In this document: piece by piece, positions 10,082 through 19,274 of the stretch
How the letters are laid out: every line of letters begins with the position of its first letter
How positions within the stretch are numbered: the stretch's first letter is position 1
NCBI GenBank assembly: GCA_965214775.1
Contig: OZ243974.1
Span: 1,568,001 to 1,632,000 of the forward strand
Reading direction: 5' to 3'
DNA: 64,000 bases
Source of the DNA: Nitrosopumilus sp.
GTDB taxonomy: Archaea; Thermoproteota; Nitrososphaeria; Nitrososphaerales; Nitrosopumilaceae
The notes under the pieces: model-generated
Databases searched by the model: none
What the model saw: the letters and a program-made list of their open reading frames with translations, nothing else
What the model was told of the DNA's origin: nothing
Program-made: the position numbers and the translations under genes

Positions 10082-11300
10082 AATATTTTTCAAGCTGATT
10101 GTTCTTCGACATGCTGATCTTTGCGATATTCTTTATCACTGATATGATTTCATCTGTCGCAAACTTAATTTCCTCTTCTGTGTTAAATCTGCCACATCCG
10201 ATCCTAATTGATTCATGTGCTTGCTCTGATGTCAATCCAAGTGCTAGGAGGACGTGCGAGGGCTCTACTGCTTGGGTCGTGCATGCAGAGCCTGCAGAGA
10301 TGGCCAGCCTCTTGGATACGGAGTTGATGATGGCCTTGCCCTCGATTCCGTCAAATCTGACATTGAGGTTGTGTGCAAGCCTATTCGTGGGATGCCCGTT
10401 TTGAATCCCGCCAATCTCCGCAAACCTGTCCAGCATCTGCCTTGTCCAGCTCCTGAACCTGTTGTTTTCCTGCTCCATCTCGCTGTTGGCAATCTCCAAG
10501 GCCTTTGCAAAGCCCACGATTCCGGGAACGTTTAGGGTGCCAGAGCGGATGCCTCTCTCCTGCCCACCTCCATGCATTATCGAATCCAGTCTTACGCGCG
10601 GCATGACTCCTCTTGCATAAAGCGCGCCAATTCCCTTGGGTCCGTAAATCTTGTGGGAGGAAAACGACATCAGATCAACATTGAGCCTTTGCACATCGAT
10701 ATCCATGTGGCCGACGGCCTGGGCCGCATCTGTATGAAACAGCACGTTATTGTCGTGCGCTATCTTGCCGATCTCTGCAATGTCTGCAATCGTTCCAATC
10801 TCATTATTTGCAAACATCACCGAAATCAGGACTGTCTTGTCCGTTATCGCGTCATTTACTGCCTTGGGATCAATCATGCCAAATTCGTCAACGGGCAGGT
10901 ATGTCACATCCATGCCCTGGTCCTCAAGACGTCTTGCCGTATCTAGGACTGCCTTGTGTTCTGTAACGCACGTGATTAGGTGGTTCCCACGATCCGCATT
11001 CTTTGTCATGACGCCGCACAGTGCAAGGTTGTCTGATTCCGTGGCACCTGACGTGAATATGATCTCATCCATGTGTGCGTTAATTGCACGGCCGATCTTC
11101 TCACGGGATGCCTGGACAACCTGTGATGCGTCATGGCCATACGAGTGATCCAGGCTTGACGCATTCCCAAACACCTGCGTAAAATACGGGATCATCTCGT
11201 CTAGGACGCGCGGGTCCACCGGCGTAGTTGCATGCGAGTCCAGATAGACGGGTTGACCGGATTTGGCCTCGGAGAAAGACTGCATTTTATCCGTCCGCAA
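10080..11300 (-). CDS. dndA: Cysteine desulfurase DndA/IscS
   Basis: YLDSHATTP, HTDAAQ, SSHKIYGPKG, SAGSACT; last gene of the dnd operon. Confidence 0.9.
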   Translation of the reverse strand: MRTDKMQSFSEAKSGQPVYLDSHATTPVDPRVLDEMIPYFTQVFGNASSLDHSYGHDASQVVQASREKIGRAINAHMDEIIFTSGATESDNLALCGVMTKNADRGNHLITCVTEHKAVLDTARRLEDQGMDVTYLPVDEFGMIDPKAVNDAITDKTVLISVMFANNEIGTIADIAEIGKIAHDNNVLFHTDAAQAVGHMDIDVQRLNVDLMSFSSHKIYGPKGIGALYARGVMPRVRLDSIMHGGGQERGIRSGTLNVPGIVGFAKALEIANSEMEQENNRFRSWTRQMLDRFAEIGGIQNGHPTNRLAHNLNVRFDGIEGKAIINSVSKRLAISAGSACTTQAVEPSHVLLALGLTSEQAHESIRIGCGRFNTEEEIKFATDEIISVIKNIAKISMSKNNQLEKY

Positions 11301-11682
11301 GTCGGAACTTGCCGGGATTCATCTCCCTGACGAATCCGTATACGTCAGAGAGGCCGTCGATCCTCTGTTTTAGCGATATGGCCCCCCGGTTGAGATGGGC
11401 CCTGGTCATCTCTCCGAGATACGTCTCCGGATCCAGTCCGTCCTGGTTTAGGCGGTTGATCATGAGTGCAAGGTACATGTTTTCATCTCCGGCAAACAGT
11501 CTTGCCGGTTCAAACTCGCTGCCCTTCTTGTTGTATTCGTCAGGATTGGGAATTCCCCTCTGCTTTATGGACAGGCACAGGGACAGGCGGGCCCAGGCCT
11601 CCGGTTCCACGGCAGTGCTGTACCTGAGCATGCCAAACAGATGAGTCGTGCGCGAGCTTGCCCTGATGTTCTCAAACTGCAA
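11287..11682 (-). CDS. dndE: DNA sulfur modification protein DndE
   Basis: Lies between dndD and dndA; ARLSLCLSI, GSEF and RAHLNRGA motifs; TTG start right after the dndD stop. Confidence 0.8.
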   Translation of the reverse strand: MQFENIRASSRTTHLFGMLRYSTAVEPEAWARLSLCLSIKQRGIPNPDEYNKKGSEFEPARLFAGDENMYLALMINRLNQDGLDPETYLGEMTRAHLNRGAISLKQRIDGLSDVYGFVREMNPGKFRLADG

Positions 11683-11683
11683 C

Positions 11684-13696
11684 CTAGCTGCCTCCCCTGC
11701 TCCCAAAGTATCCGTCGTTTACAACGCTCGTGTCGCTACTGGGATCATACTGGATAAGCATGGCCTGTGAGACATGCGGCCTTATCATCTCATAGTACGA
11801 GTCCACGACCTCGGTGTTTGTGGAAAATATGATTATCTGGTGTGATGCCTCTGGGTAAAAGTTGCGGATCAGGTTCTCCCTGTGCTCCACATCCAGCCTG
11901 GCAAGCGGTGTATCCACTATCAGTGGCAGCGGGCGTCCTGACGTCTTGGCCAGCCCCCATACGATTGCAGTCACGTACAGCTGGAGCTCGCCCTGCGACA
12001 GGGTGTCCCTAGAGATCTCGTCCTCCCTGCTGTATAGCGTGATCCTGTATGTCTGGGGATCAATTGAGACTGACGTGATGAGCCTTGACTTATGGAAGCA
12101 CCTTTTGATCCCCTCCAGTATGTTGGATTCCAGCAGCGTGATCTTTTTTGCCCGCAGCCTGGCAGAGTACTCCTCTAGAGCATCCTGTATCCTCGGGGCC
12201 AGCTCCAGTCCCAACTGGTTTCGGTGGCTGGATCTTTTCGCTGCAAGGTGCTTTCGTATCTTGCTGTTTAGCAGGACTATTTTGGATTTTTCCTGCGCCT
12301 CTAGCACCTCCAGCGTATGGCATTCCTGCTCCATCTCCCCTATCTCAAGGGTGATCTCCTTGATACTCGAATACAGGGGACCCACCTCGTCTTGCTGTGG
12401 GGCGATGTCCAACTGCGCAGATATCCCGTCTAGCCGGTCTGCATATTGTTTTTGACTCTTGTGATATACAGACAAGTGCTCGTGTTCCTGATCCAGTATC
12501 CTGTCAATCCTTTGCCTCATTGCCGCCATCTCGGACAGCGAAAAGTCAAAGGTGAGGCGTCTCTTGTCAGACAGCGAGCTTGTCCTTGCATCTGCAATGT
12601 CCCTGAGCCTTTTTACCAGCGCCTTTTTGGTCTCCGGGTCGTCCAGCTCTAGGTGCGCCTCAAACTCTCCTATCATATGGTCATAGGCTGCCCTCACCGT
12701 ATCGCCTGAAAGGTTGGATTTTATGCTGTCCTCGTCCTCTTGGAGTTTTTCTCTGACCTGCCTTATCTGATCTGGCACTATTGCAAGCGGCAGGTCTTTT
12801 TTGATCATGTCTCTTATTTGGGATTCCACAAAATTGAGGGACTTTGAAATCTCATCTCTCTCATTTACCAGCCTTTTCCGGTCTTTTGCATGGCTGCCAC
12901 CCGCCTTGAAGAACTGCTCCTCTTTTCCATCCAGTTCCTTTTTCTTGCGGGAGATGTCGTCGGTCAAAAATGTGTGCTTTTGCTGCATATCCTCCAGCCT
13001 TCTTTCGGCCTCGTCCTTCTCCCTGTTCATCTCCTCGATCCTTGCAAGTACTTCCTTGTCCTCCTCGCCCGAGTTTCGCAGTATGTGCGTGCCGATGTCA
13101 TCCCGGAGCCGGTCGGATATGTCAAGTCCCAGCAGGCTGTCAAAGGACGACTTGATGTAAAGGTGCTCATCGCCTTCCTCTACAATGTCCTTGATTCTTT
13201 CCCCGTCAAAGAAGAACATGCCTGCCACCGCCCTAGGGATCATCTGGTTTATCATCATCTGGATCTGGGAGTCACCCACGGCCTCCACCCTGACGTATCC
13301 CTTGCCTGCATCAGACTGCTTGTACATGGCCAGAAACTCGTCAATACGGCCGTCATTGTTCTGCCAGTTTCGGGTTATCTTGTACTGGAGGATCCTTCCA
13401 TTCTGCGCATATTCAAACTCCAGCGATACGGAGGCCTCCCCGGCCTGGGTCTTTTTGTGCTTGTGCCTGTGAAAGAGCCGTCTGATCTTCTGGTTATACT
13501 GTTTTTTTGTCATCTTTTCATCCATACTGCTCTGTCCGTACAGGCACAGGGGGATCGCCTCAAAGAGGGTAGACTTGCCGGCGCCGTTGGTCCCGCCATA
13601 CAGAACAATGGGCCTCTCAGACGTGGTAGGAAACTCGAACTCGTTGTGCCCCCCGTAGGCGCCAACGTCATCAAGTATCAGCCTAGTTAAACGCAT
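11684..13696 (-). CDS. dndD: DNA sulfur modification SMC-like ATPase DndD
   Basis: Walker A GTNGAGKST, FFFDGE, coiled coil, LSQGE, IVDTPLARLD. Confidence 0.93.
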   Translation of the reverse strand: MRLTRLILDDVGAYGGHNEFEFPTTSERPIVLYGGTNGAGKSTLFEAIPLCLYGQSSMDEKMTKKQYNQKIRRLFHRHKHKKTQAGEASVSLEFEYAQNGRILQYKITRNWQNNDGRIDEFLAMYKQSDAGKGYVRVEAVGDSQIQMMINQMIPRAVAGMFFFDGERIKDIVEEGDEHLYIKSSFDSLLGLDISDRLRDDIGTHILRNSGEEDKEVLARIEEMNREKDEAERRLEDMQQKHTFLTDDISRKKKELDGKEEQFFKAGGSHAKDRKRLVNERDEISKSLNFVESQIRDMIKKDLPLAIVPDQIRQVREKLQEDEDSIKSNLSGDTVRAAYDHMIGEFEAHLELDDPETKKALVKRLRDIADARTSSLSDKRRLTFDFSLSEMAAMRQRIDRILDQEHEHLSVYHKSQKQYADRLDGISAQLDIAPQQDEVGPLYSSIKEITLEIGEMEQECHTLEVLEAQEKSKIVLLNSKIRKHLAAKRSSHRNQLGLELAPRIQDALEEYSARLRAKKITLLESNILEGIKRCFHKSRLITSVSIDPQTYRITLYSREDEISRDTLSQGELQLYVTAIVWGLAKTSGRPLPLIVDTPLARLDVEHRENLIRNFYPEASHQIIIFSTNTEVVDSYYEMIRPHVSQAMLIQYDPSSDTSVVNDGYFGSRGGS

Positions 13697-15107
13697 TTGG
13701 CCTCACCCTTTCCTCCGCATCCCTGTGCTCGAACAGCTCTGCCCTTATCTCGTCGATGTCTTCTCTCCACTCCTTTGCAAGCTCCTTTTTGATCCTCTCA
13801 AATATCTTGGAGTGCGTCGAGCCCGTCTGCAGCTCCACCTCGGCATTTAGCAGGCTGCTTACGATCTTGTACGGAACCTTGTGCTTGGTGCAGACCTGCT
13901 CAAGCAGTGCCTGCTCGTCGTGACCAAATCCCCCCGTGTCGTCAGTGACGGATTCCAGCTGGATTCCCGTTATATCATGGTAAATCCCGTATGCCGTGTT
14001 CTGCCAGTCGCCGTTTTCCATTCTCCAGATGCGCTGTATCTCGTGTATCTCCTCTTCGGAAATCAGGACCATGTCAGGATCATGCTTCTGTATCTTGACC
14101 TGGCCGTTTAGCAGCTTTTGTAGATACTCCTTTCTAAAGTCAAGCGTGTATGGGCCCGGCGTATAGTCGGATCCGTCGTTTTTCAGATCCACCCGACCGT
14201 TTCTGCGCGTTATCTGGCGTACCTTGGGCCATGTCTCGGGATTCTGTGTAAGCTTTAGCTCGTGGCGCAGCTCGGCTAGTGGCTCCATCCATTCCTGACC
14301 GTTCTCAATCATGCTGTCAAGCGACTTTTGCTTGTCCACCACGGTGCAAGTCCAGCAGCCAAACCTGCCGCTGCCGCACGACGGCGTGCTGGTATCTACC
14401 ACGAGGGGGCACTCTGAGGCGTTGGCGTCCTGGTACAGGGCCAGAAGATCCCTGTTGTTGTCCCCCCATGGATTCCTGTTTTGCAGCAGATAGTTCCAGA
14501 CGTCGTCGGTCTCAAAGTCCACCAGGGGGGTATACACGTACGTCTGGGCAAATTTCTTGTGGTGACTCAAAACGCTGTTTTCAATCTCCAGCAGGTTCAT
14601 GCTCTGCTGCCGGGTAGAGCTCTCGCTTTTGCGGGTTCCCAGCAGCACTATGACCTCGCCGTACTCGGATACCTTGTTTTTGATAAAGCGGTCGGCGTTT
14701 GCAATCTTGAGCATGTCGGTACACCACCTAAACATTGAGGTGGGCGCTGGGTATCCGAGGCCGAGAATCCTGACCCAGAACGTGTCGGTAATGGGGGGTC
14801 TCAGGAGGTTGGTCGATATCGGAATGGATGACTTTTTTGCGGCCTTTTCCATCTTGTCCAGCGACGTGGTTATGCGCTCTACGATCTGTGGCGACTCTAC
14901 CAAGGTATCAGAGGATACGACATAGATCTTTTTATCCAGTTTTTCTGCAGGTAGTGCGGATAGAGCCCCCCAGACAAGCTGCACCATGCAGGTCGAGTCC
15001 TTTCCCCCGCTGAATCCCAAAACCCACGGGCGGGAATCGTTGAGGTATACAGTGCGAATCTCCTCGTATATCTTCTCAAGTGGTTTTGAGTCAAACACGG
15101 AAGTCAT
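13683..15107 (-). CDS. dndC: DNA phosphorothioation sulfurtransferase DndC
   Basis: PWVLGFSGGKDS, FRWCT, GTRKSES, ECPLVVD..CGSGRFGCWTCTVV. Confidence 0.95.
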   Translation of the reverse strand: MTSVFDSKPLEKIYEEIRTVYLNDSRPWVLGFSGGKDSTCMVQLVWGALSALPAEKLDKKIYVVSSDTLVESPQIVERITTSLDKMEKAAKKSSIPISTNLLRPPITDTFWVRILGLGYPAPTSMFRWCTDMLKIANADRFIKNKVSEYGEVIVLLGTRKSESSTRQQSMNLLEIENSVLSHHKKFAQTYVYTPLVDFETDDVWNYLLQNRNPWGDNNRDLLALYQDANASECPLVVDTSTPSCGSGRFGCWTCTVVDKQKSLDSMIENGQEWMEPLAELRHELKLTQNPETWPKVRQITRRNGRVDLKNDGSDYTPGPYTLDFRKEYLQKLLNGQVKIQKHDPDMVLISEEEIHEIQRIWRMENGDWQNTAYGIYHDITGIQLESVTDDTGGFGHDEQALLEQVCTKHKVPYKIVSSLLNAEVELQTGSTHSKIFERIKKELAKEWREDIDEIRAELFEHRDAEERVRPNAFN

Positions 15108-16186
15108 TTCTCATACTGCCCCAGTGCCTTTGGTATCTTAGCTCCGCATTCCCTAAGTATGGCGCATGCTCCCAGCGCGATCCCGATGGTCGTACGAACC
15201 ATCTTTTTTCCTTGTATGAGGTTGCCGTCCCACATGGGGTTTGTGCGTGACCAGTCGATTTTTGACAGGGGTCGGAGCCTTCTTTTCCAGCTGTCCGGAT
15301 ACTGCTTGATTATCTCCTTTCCTGCCATTCCAAGCGAGTTCATGCAGTTCGTATGTGCGTTGACATAGTTGGCCCTCAGCTCATCCGGGGATATGTCGCC
15401 CTTGATCAGCATTTGCCACTCTGGAAGATTCTCAGATACAGTCTTCCAAAATTCCAGGATTGTCTCCTTTTGCTCCTTGCTGGGACGTCGTACTGATTCC
15501 TTGCCAAGGAGCTTCCTGGTGGCATCGGATATCCCTCCAAGTGTAAAGACCTCCTTGGCATGTCTTCCTATGGTTGTTTTTTCAAGCTCAACCCTGTCTC
15601 GGAATATCTCTAGGCTCTCTGTCATTTCCACAACGAACTGGGAATATTTATCACGGTTATCGTACAAAATGTTAAGTGATTTTGATGGCTTTACTGCGTT
15701 TTTGTTCAGGTCTGCAAACATCTGCTGGGAGCGTTTTAGCCCCGAGTCCTCAAAGAACACCACCGATATCGACTCGCCTCCAAGCTCGGGCCTTTCCTTG
15801 AGTGCCTCTTCTATTGCCTTGCGCCTGTGCTGGCCGTCGTTTATGAGCAGTCGCGACTCCATGTCAATGAGCAATTTGCCCATCTTGCCGTCAGGACCCA
15901 GATGCTGTGCAGGAATGAACTTCATGTTTCCGTCAACTGATGCCGTTAGCGACGAAAAGATGTACTCGTCTGGATTGCTCAGAATATAGTCCTTGAGGGC
16001 TGGAATCCTAGATTCTCGCAGCGTCCTTTGGGCCCGTATCTTTGCAGGAATCTCATGTTCATTGAATATGAATAGTTTCGGGATTGTCTTCATCGGGCAC
16101 ACTGCTACATAGTATACGCGGTTGGCCTGGACTCCGCGAATGGCATCAAAACTGTAATTTACCGAGCCTGCCTCAGATTCGCTCAT
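15104..16186 (-). CDS. dndB: DndB (DGQHR domain)
   Basis: RAQRTL, INDGQHRR, QQMFADLN. Confidence 0.93.
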   Translation of the reverse strand: MSESEAGSVNYSFDAIRGVQANRVYYVAVCPMKTIPKLFIFNEHEIPAKIRAQRTLRESRIPALKDYILSNPDEYIFSSLTASVDGNMKFIPAQHLGPDGKMGKLLIDMESRLLINDGQHRRKAIEEALKERPELGGESISVVFFEDSGLKRSQQMFADLNKNAVKPSKSLNILYDNRDKYSQFVVEMTESLEIFRDRVELEKTTIGRHAKEVFTLGGISDATRKLLGKESVRRPSKEQKETILEFWKTVSENLPEWQMLIKGDISPDELRANYVNAHTNCMNSLGMAGKEIIKQYPDSWKRRLRPLSKIDWSRTNPMWDGNLIQGKKMVRTTIGIALGACAILRECGAKIPKALGQYEK

Positions 16187-16254
16187 AAATTATATAAAAA
16201 ATGGACGTATAAAAACCCTTTTTTGCAGTATCTTTTATGATTTTGGCAGTATGT

Positions 16255-16458
16255 TTATAGCAGTTTTTTGAGCGTGTCTATATCCTTCTTGCCTAGCTTT
16301 ATCGAAAATACTGCCGCATCAGGGTGTTTGGCGCCCTTTGCAATGGGGTGAAAGACTATCTTGATCTCGCTGCCTTCCTTTTCGATATCCACAGGCCTGC
16401 CGCCGATTACCTCTTTGACCATGGATTTGGATAATCCTTGTTCCTTATAGCCTTTCAA
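16255..16458 (-). CDS. Small hypothetical protein upstream of dndB
   Basis: 67-aa ORF with protein-like composition, co-oriented with the dnd operon. Confidence 0.5.
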   Translation of the reverse strand: MKGYKEQGLSKSMVKEVIGGRPVDIEKEGSEIKIVFHPIAKGAKHPDAAVFSIKLGKKDIDTLKKLL

Positions 16459-16759
16459 TTGTGGTTCAAGATTAGATCACATCCCCTTTGCTGACCAAGT
16501 ATGAAAATCACGACTGCTTGCAAGTTTGTGCTAGCCGTTTAAGGATGGGCTAATACTAATCACTAGTAAAGTCACCTCCCCTCAACCAATCCGGTATGAA
16601 TTCACATGCAGCTGTGATTTTCGCGCCTAGCCAACAAGGGGGACGTGGTCTCAATCCTAATTCATTGGAATTTTTGAAAAACCATCATTGTACAACAAAT
16701 CAAACTTGGCAGCAGTTATGCCGATAATCGCATATGTGATGTGAGACATCAAATCAATT

Positions 16760-18628
16760 CTATGATGCTCCCAATTCGAGTAGTTTTGTCTGAACACTGT
16801 CCTCCGTTTGTTTTATGATGAACTTTCTAGAATCGAGTATGGGTGGCAACAATCTGGCGCCTTTCTGTTTTAGTACATACATGATGTCGTATGGATTTGG
16901 CATGTCACCTTCATGTCCGCCTTCCTTTATCTTTTTTAGAAGACTCTCAGGCCACGTTTCATGCCGATTCAGATTAAAACTTTTCATGAACACATCATAA
17001 GCGGCTTCGGCAATGCTTAAAAATAGGTCCGGTGTGGGATCATTTTTTTTAAGATTTGAGAATTTGTCTATCATTTTGTCTTTTATTTGCCGTCTGTTTT
17101 TATCGTCAATCCCAATCATGGATTCGTAGATGAATCTTAGAATGTAATACTTTACAATGTCCTTACTGATGATGCCTTTTTTCCTCGATATCTCATCTGA
17201 TTGGTTGCTACTTAATTCCTTACACCATCTTCGATGCAATGCATCAAGCATTTGCATAAAGATGTGCGGTACGATAAGCTCCTCAATCTTTCTATTTTTG
17301 AAGATTTTGTAATAATAGCTATCGTCACTTGCCACAGAAAACAAAACTTTGTCGGACATCATTGCCTCATTGGGATCTAATGAATACGCACAATAGGCTC
17401 TTGCAACTGCACTCTTATCCAGTATGCGTCTGCTAGTCACACGAGACCGTGTGGATTTTTTGGCAGCTCCAAACCCCTTCGACTGTCGTTCAAAATAAAA
17501 ATTATTGAACTTGTTTTTACACTGTAGCATTAATTCTGTCATCTCTGGATAATTTGTCACCAGATCTGCCGGTTTGATTGGGTTTTGGGTATTTGTTGCC
17601 TCGCTGATTCGATTACGTTCTATGTCGTCTACTGTTTCATGTATGGTTAGCAGCAAAAACACATCATCTATGGGGTAAGTAGAATTCTCTAACGTGTATG
17701 TCGTCTGTCTTCCGTTTACTACTTTGAAGTTGTCTACCTTGTATGTTCGAGAATCTTCTGTGGCACTAAAATTAGTACAAGTGGCAGTAATGCCGTTGTT
17801 TAACTTCCAGAAATCGCTTCTTGCGAGCTTATCTTGAAGCGTATTAAGAATAGCCTTGTGAGTGGGTGCTGAGCTGCCAAGCGTTTGTCTAGGATTTTCC
17901 AAAAATATCATCTCCTTGTAATCCTTAGTGATTTTAACCAGATCTTTAGCATTTATGTGTCCTATGAGTGATTGTTTTTTTGTTATCTCAGATGTTCGTG
18001 TTATTATATCTCCATCAAACTTGATTTTTAGCGGCGGAGTGTGAGGAATGGTCATGCGTGATAAAATTCCATCTAGATCCAGAATCTCAAGATCTATGTT
18101 GGGATCGTTTCCAAGTCTTTCTTTTTTCCATTTGGGATCATTAACGAGTTCTTGAGCTTGTTCGTTTAGTCTTCCTGTCACTGCAAAGATCATCCTTTTC
18201 CTAATACGCGGATATTGTCTTTCCATCATGATGAATTCTGTGGATTTTTGCTTGAATGTCAGATTTGCCTGCTTTGGACAATCTGTGAGATAGGCTAGCG
18301 TACTTACAAATGATTCGATCTCTTCTCTGTTTACAATATGATTTAGATCTTCGCTAAATTTTGTCTGGATCCAGCATATGTATTGTTCGGTGACATCCCC
18401 GTTGTCGTCAGCATGAAAAATATCAATTCCATAATCGTTTTTCCCACCAATCGACACTACTTCGTCAATTTTGCCTTCATCTGAAATACCTAGTATGTTT
18501 TGACATATCCATCTTGGAAAGGCATCATATTTTGCTACACCTGTTTGCTCACAGATATGTTGGATCTGCTCATTGAACTGGGTTTTGCTGGCGTCTGATG
18601 TCATTTCATTAAAAGGATGTATTTGCAT
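16760..18628 (-). CDS. AIPR family protein with N-terminal restriction-endonuclease-like domain
   Basis: GGKNDYGIDIF..IQTKF; ENPR, FWKLNNGIT, VVNGRQTT, ATNTQN. Confidence 0.85.
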   Translation of the reverse strand: MQIHPFNEMTSDASKTQFNEQIQHICEQTGVAKYDAFPRWICQNILGISDEGKIDEVVSIGGKNDYGIDIFHADDNGDVTEQYICWIQTKFSEDLNHIVNREEIESFVSTLAYLTDCPKQANLTFKQKSTEFIMMERQYPRIRKRMIFAVTGRLNEQAQELVNDPKWKKERLGNDPNIDLEILDLDGILSRMTIPHTPPLKIKFDGDIITRTSEITKKQSLIGHINAKDLVKITKDYKEMIFLENPRQTLGSSAPTHKAILNTLQDKLARSDFWKLNNGITATCTNFSATEDSRTYKVDNFKVVNGRQTTYTLENSTYPIDDVFLLLTIHETVDDIERNRISEATNTQNPIKPADLVTNYPEMTELMLQCKNKFNNFYFERQSKGFGAAKKSTRSRVTSRRILDKSAVARAYCAYSLDPNEAMMSDKVLFSVASDDSYYYKIFKNRKIEELIVPHIFMQMLDALHRRWCKELSSNQSDEISRKKGIISKDIVKYYILRFIYESMIGIDDKNRRQIKDKMIDKFSNLKKNDPTPDLFLSIAEAAYDVFMKSFNLNRHETWPESLLKKIKEGGHEGDMPNPYDIMYVLKQKGARLLPPILDSRKFIIKQTEDSVQTKLLELGAS

Positions 18629-18768
18629 TTTTATAATCTTTTCATGCTGATCGGTCTTTTGGACTGCACCAAGGGGGGGGATCCCTACCCACCTATCTTT
18701 TCAGAGTGGCATCTTAGGCAGACATCTCCTGTTTCATCTTCGATTTCGGATGGGCAAATTAGGGGCAA

Positions 18769-19215
18769 TTACTGCGTGATGTCCAAATACTGTGATACAC
18801 GCAATGTTATGCCTTCATCTTTTGCATCTTTGACAAGTTCTTTGCGACATGTTATCTTGAATATATCTTCATCCCTATTTTCGGAAAGCAGTCCTAGTCC
18901 GCCCTCATCTTCATCTTGTGCATCATTCATCTGCTCTTTTACCACGTCCATGAGAATCTTTAACAGCTTGTCTAGATCTTTTTTGTAGCTGATCTTGTTT
19001 GACACATTTGTGTTAAGATAGAATATCACTTCCAGTTCCAAGGGATTTCCCTTACATTTTGCTTGAAGTTCTCGGATGTGGGGATTTTGATCTACAAATG
19101 CGTCTCGCAGGCGTCTCTTTCTCAAAGTCTTTCTTTTATCCTGGACTGCAGTTTGAGGAATAAAGTTTCTGATGGTTAATTCTCCCAACAATGCCATCTT
19201 GTACAGCCTCATCAT
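18769..19215 (-). CDS. RusA-like Holliday junction resolvase fold protein
   Basis: LEVIFYL..KKDLDKLLKILMD..DEDIF resembles the RusA DxDNxxK..D motif. Confidence 0.55.
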   Translation of the reverse strand: MMRLYKMALLGELTIRNFIPQTAVQDKRKTLRKRRLRDAFVDQNPHIRELQAKCKGNPLELEVIFYLNTNVSNKISYKKDLDKLLKILMDVVKEQMNDAQDEDEGGLGLLSENRDEDIFKITCRKELVKDAKDEGITLRVSQYLDITQ

Positions 19216-19274
19216 TTAACATTAAAAACTGTTATCAATTCGATCAGTCTTTCTCCAAATGATTCATGTACTAT

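Noticed and set aside
11862-15989. Long antisense ORFs over the dnd genes (e.g. 12890..13690)
   Set aside because: Fully overlap well-supported genes and show no motifs
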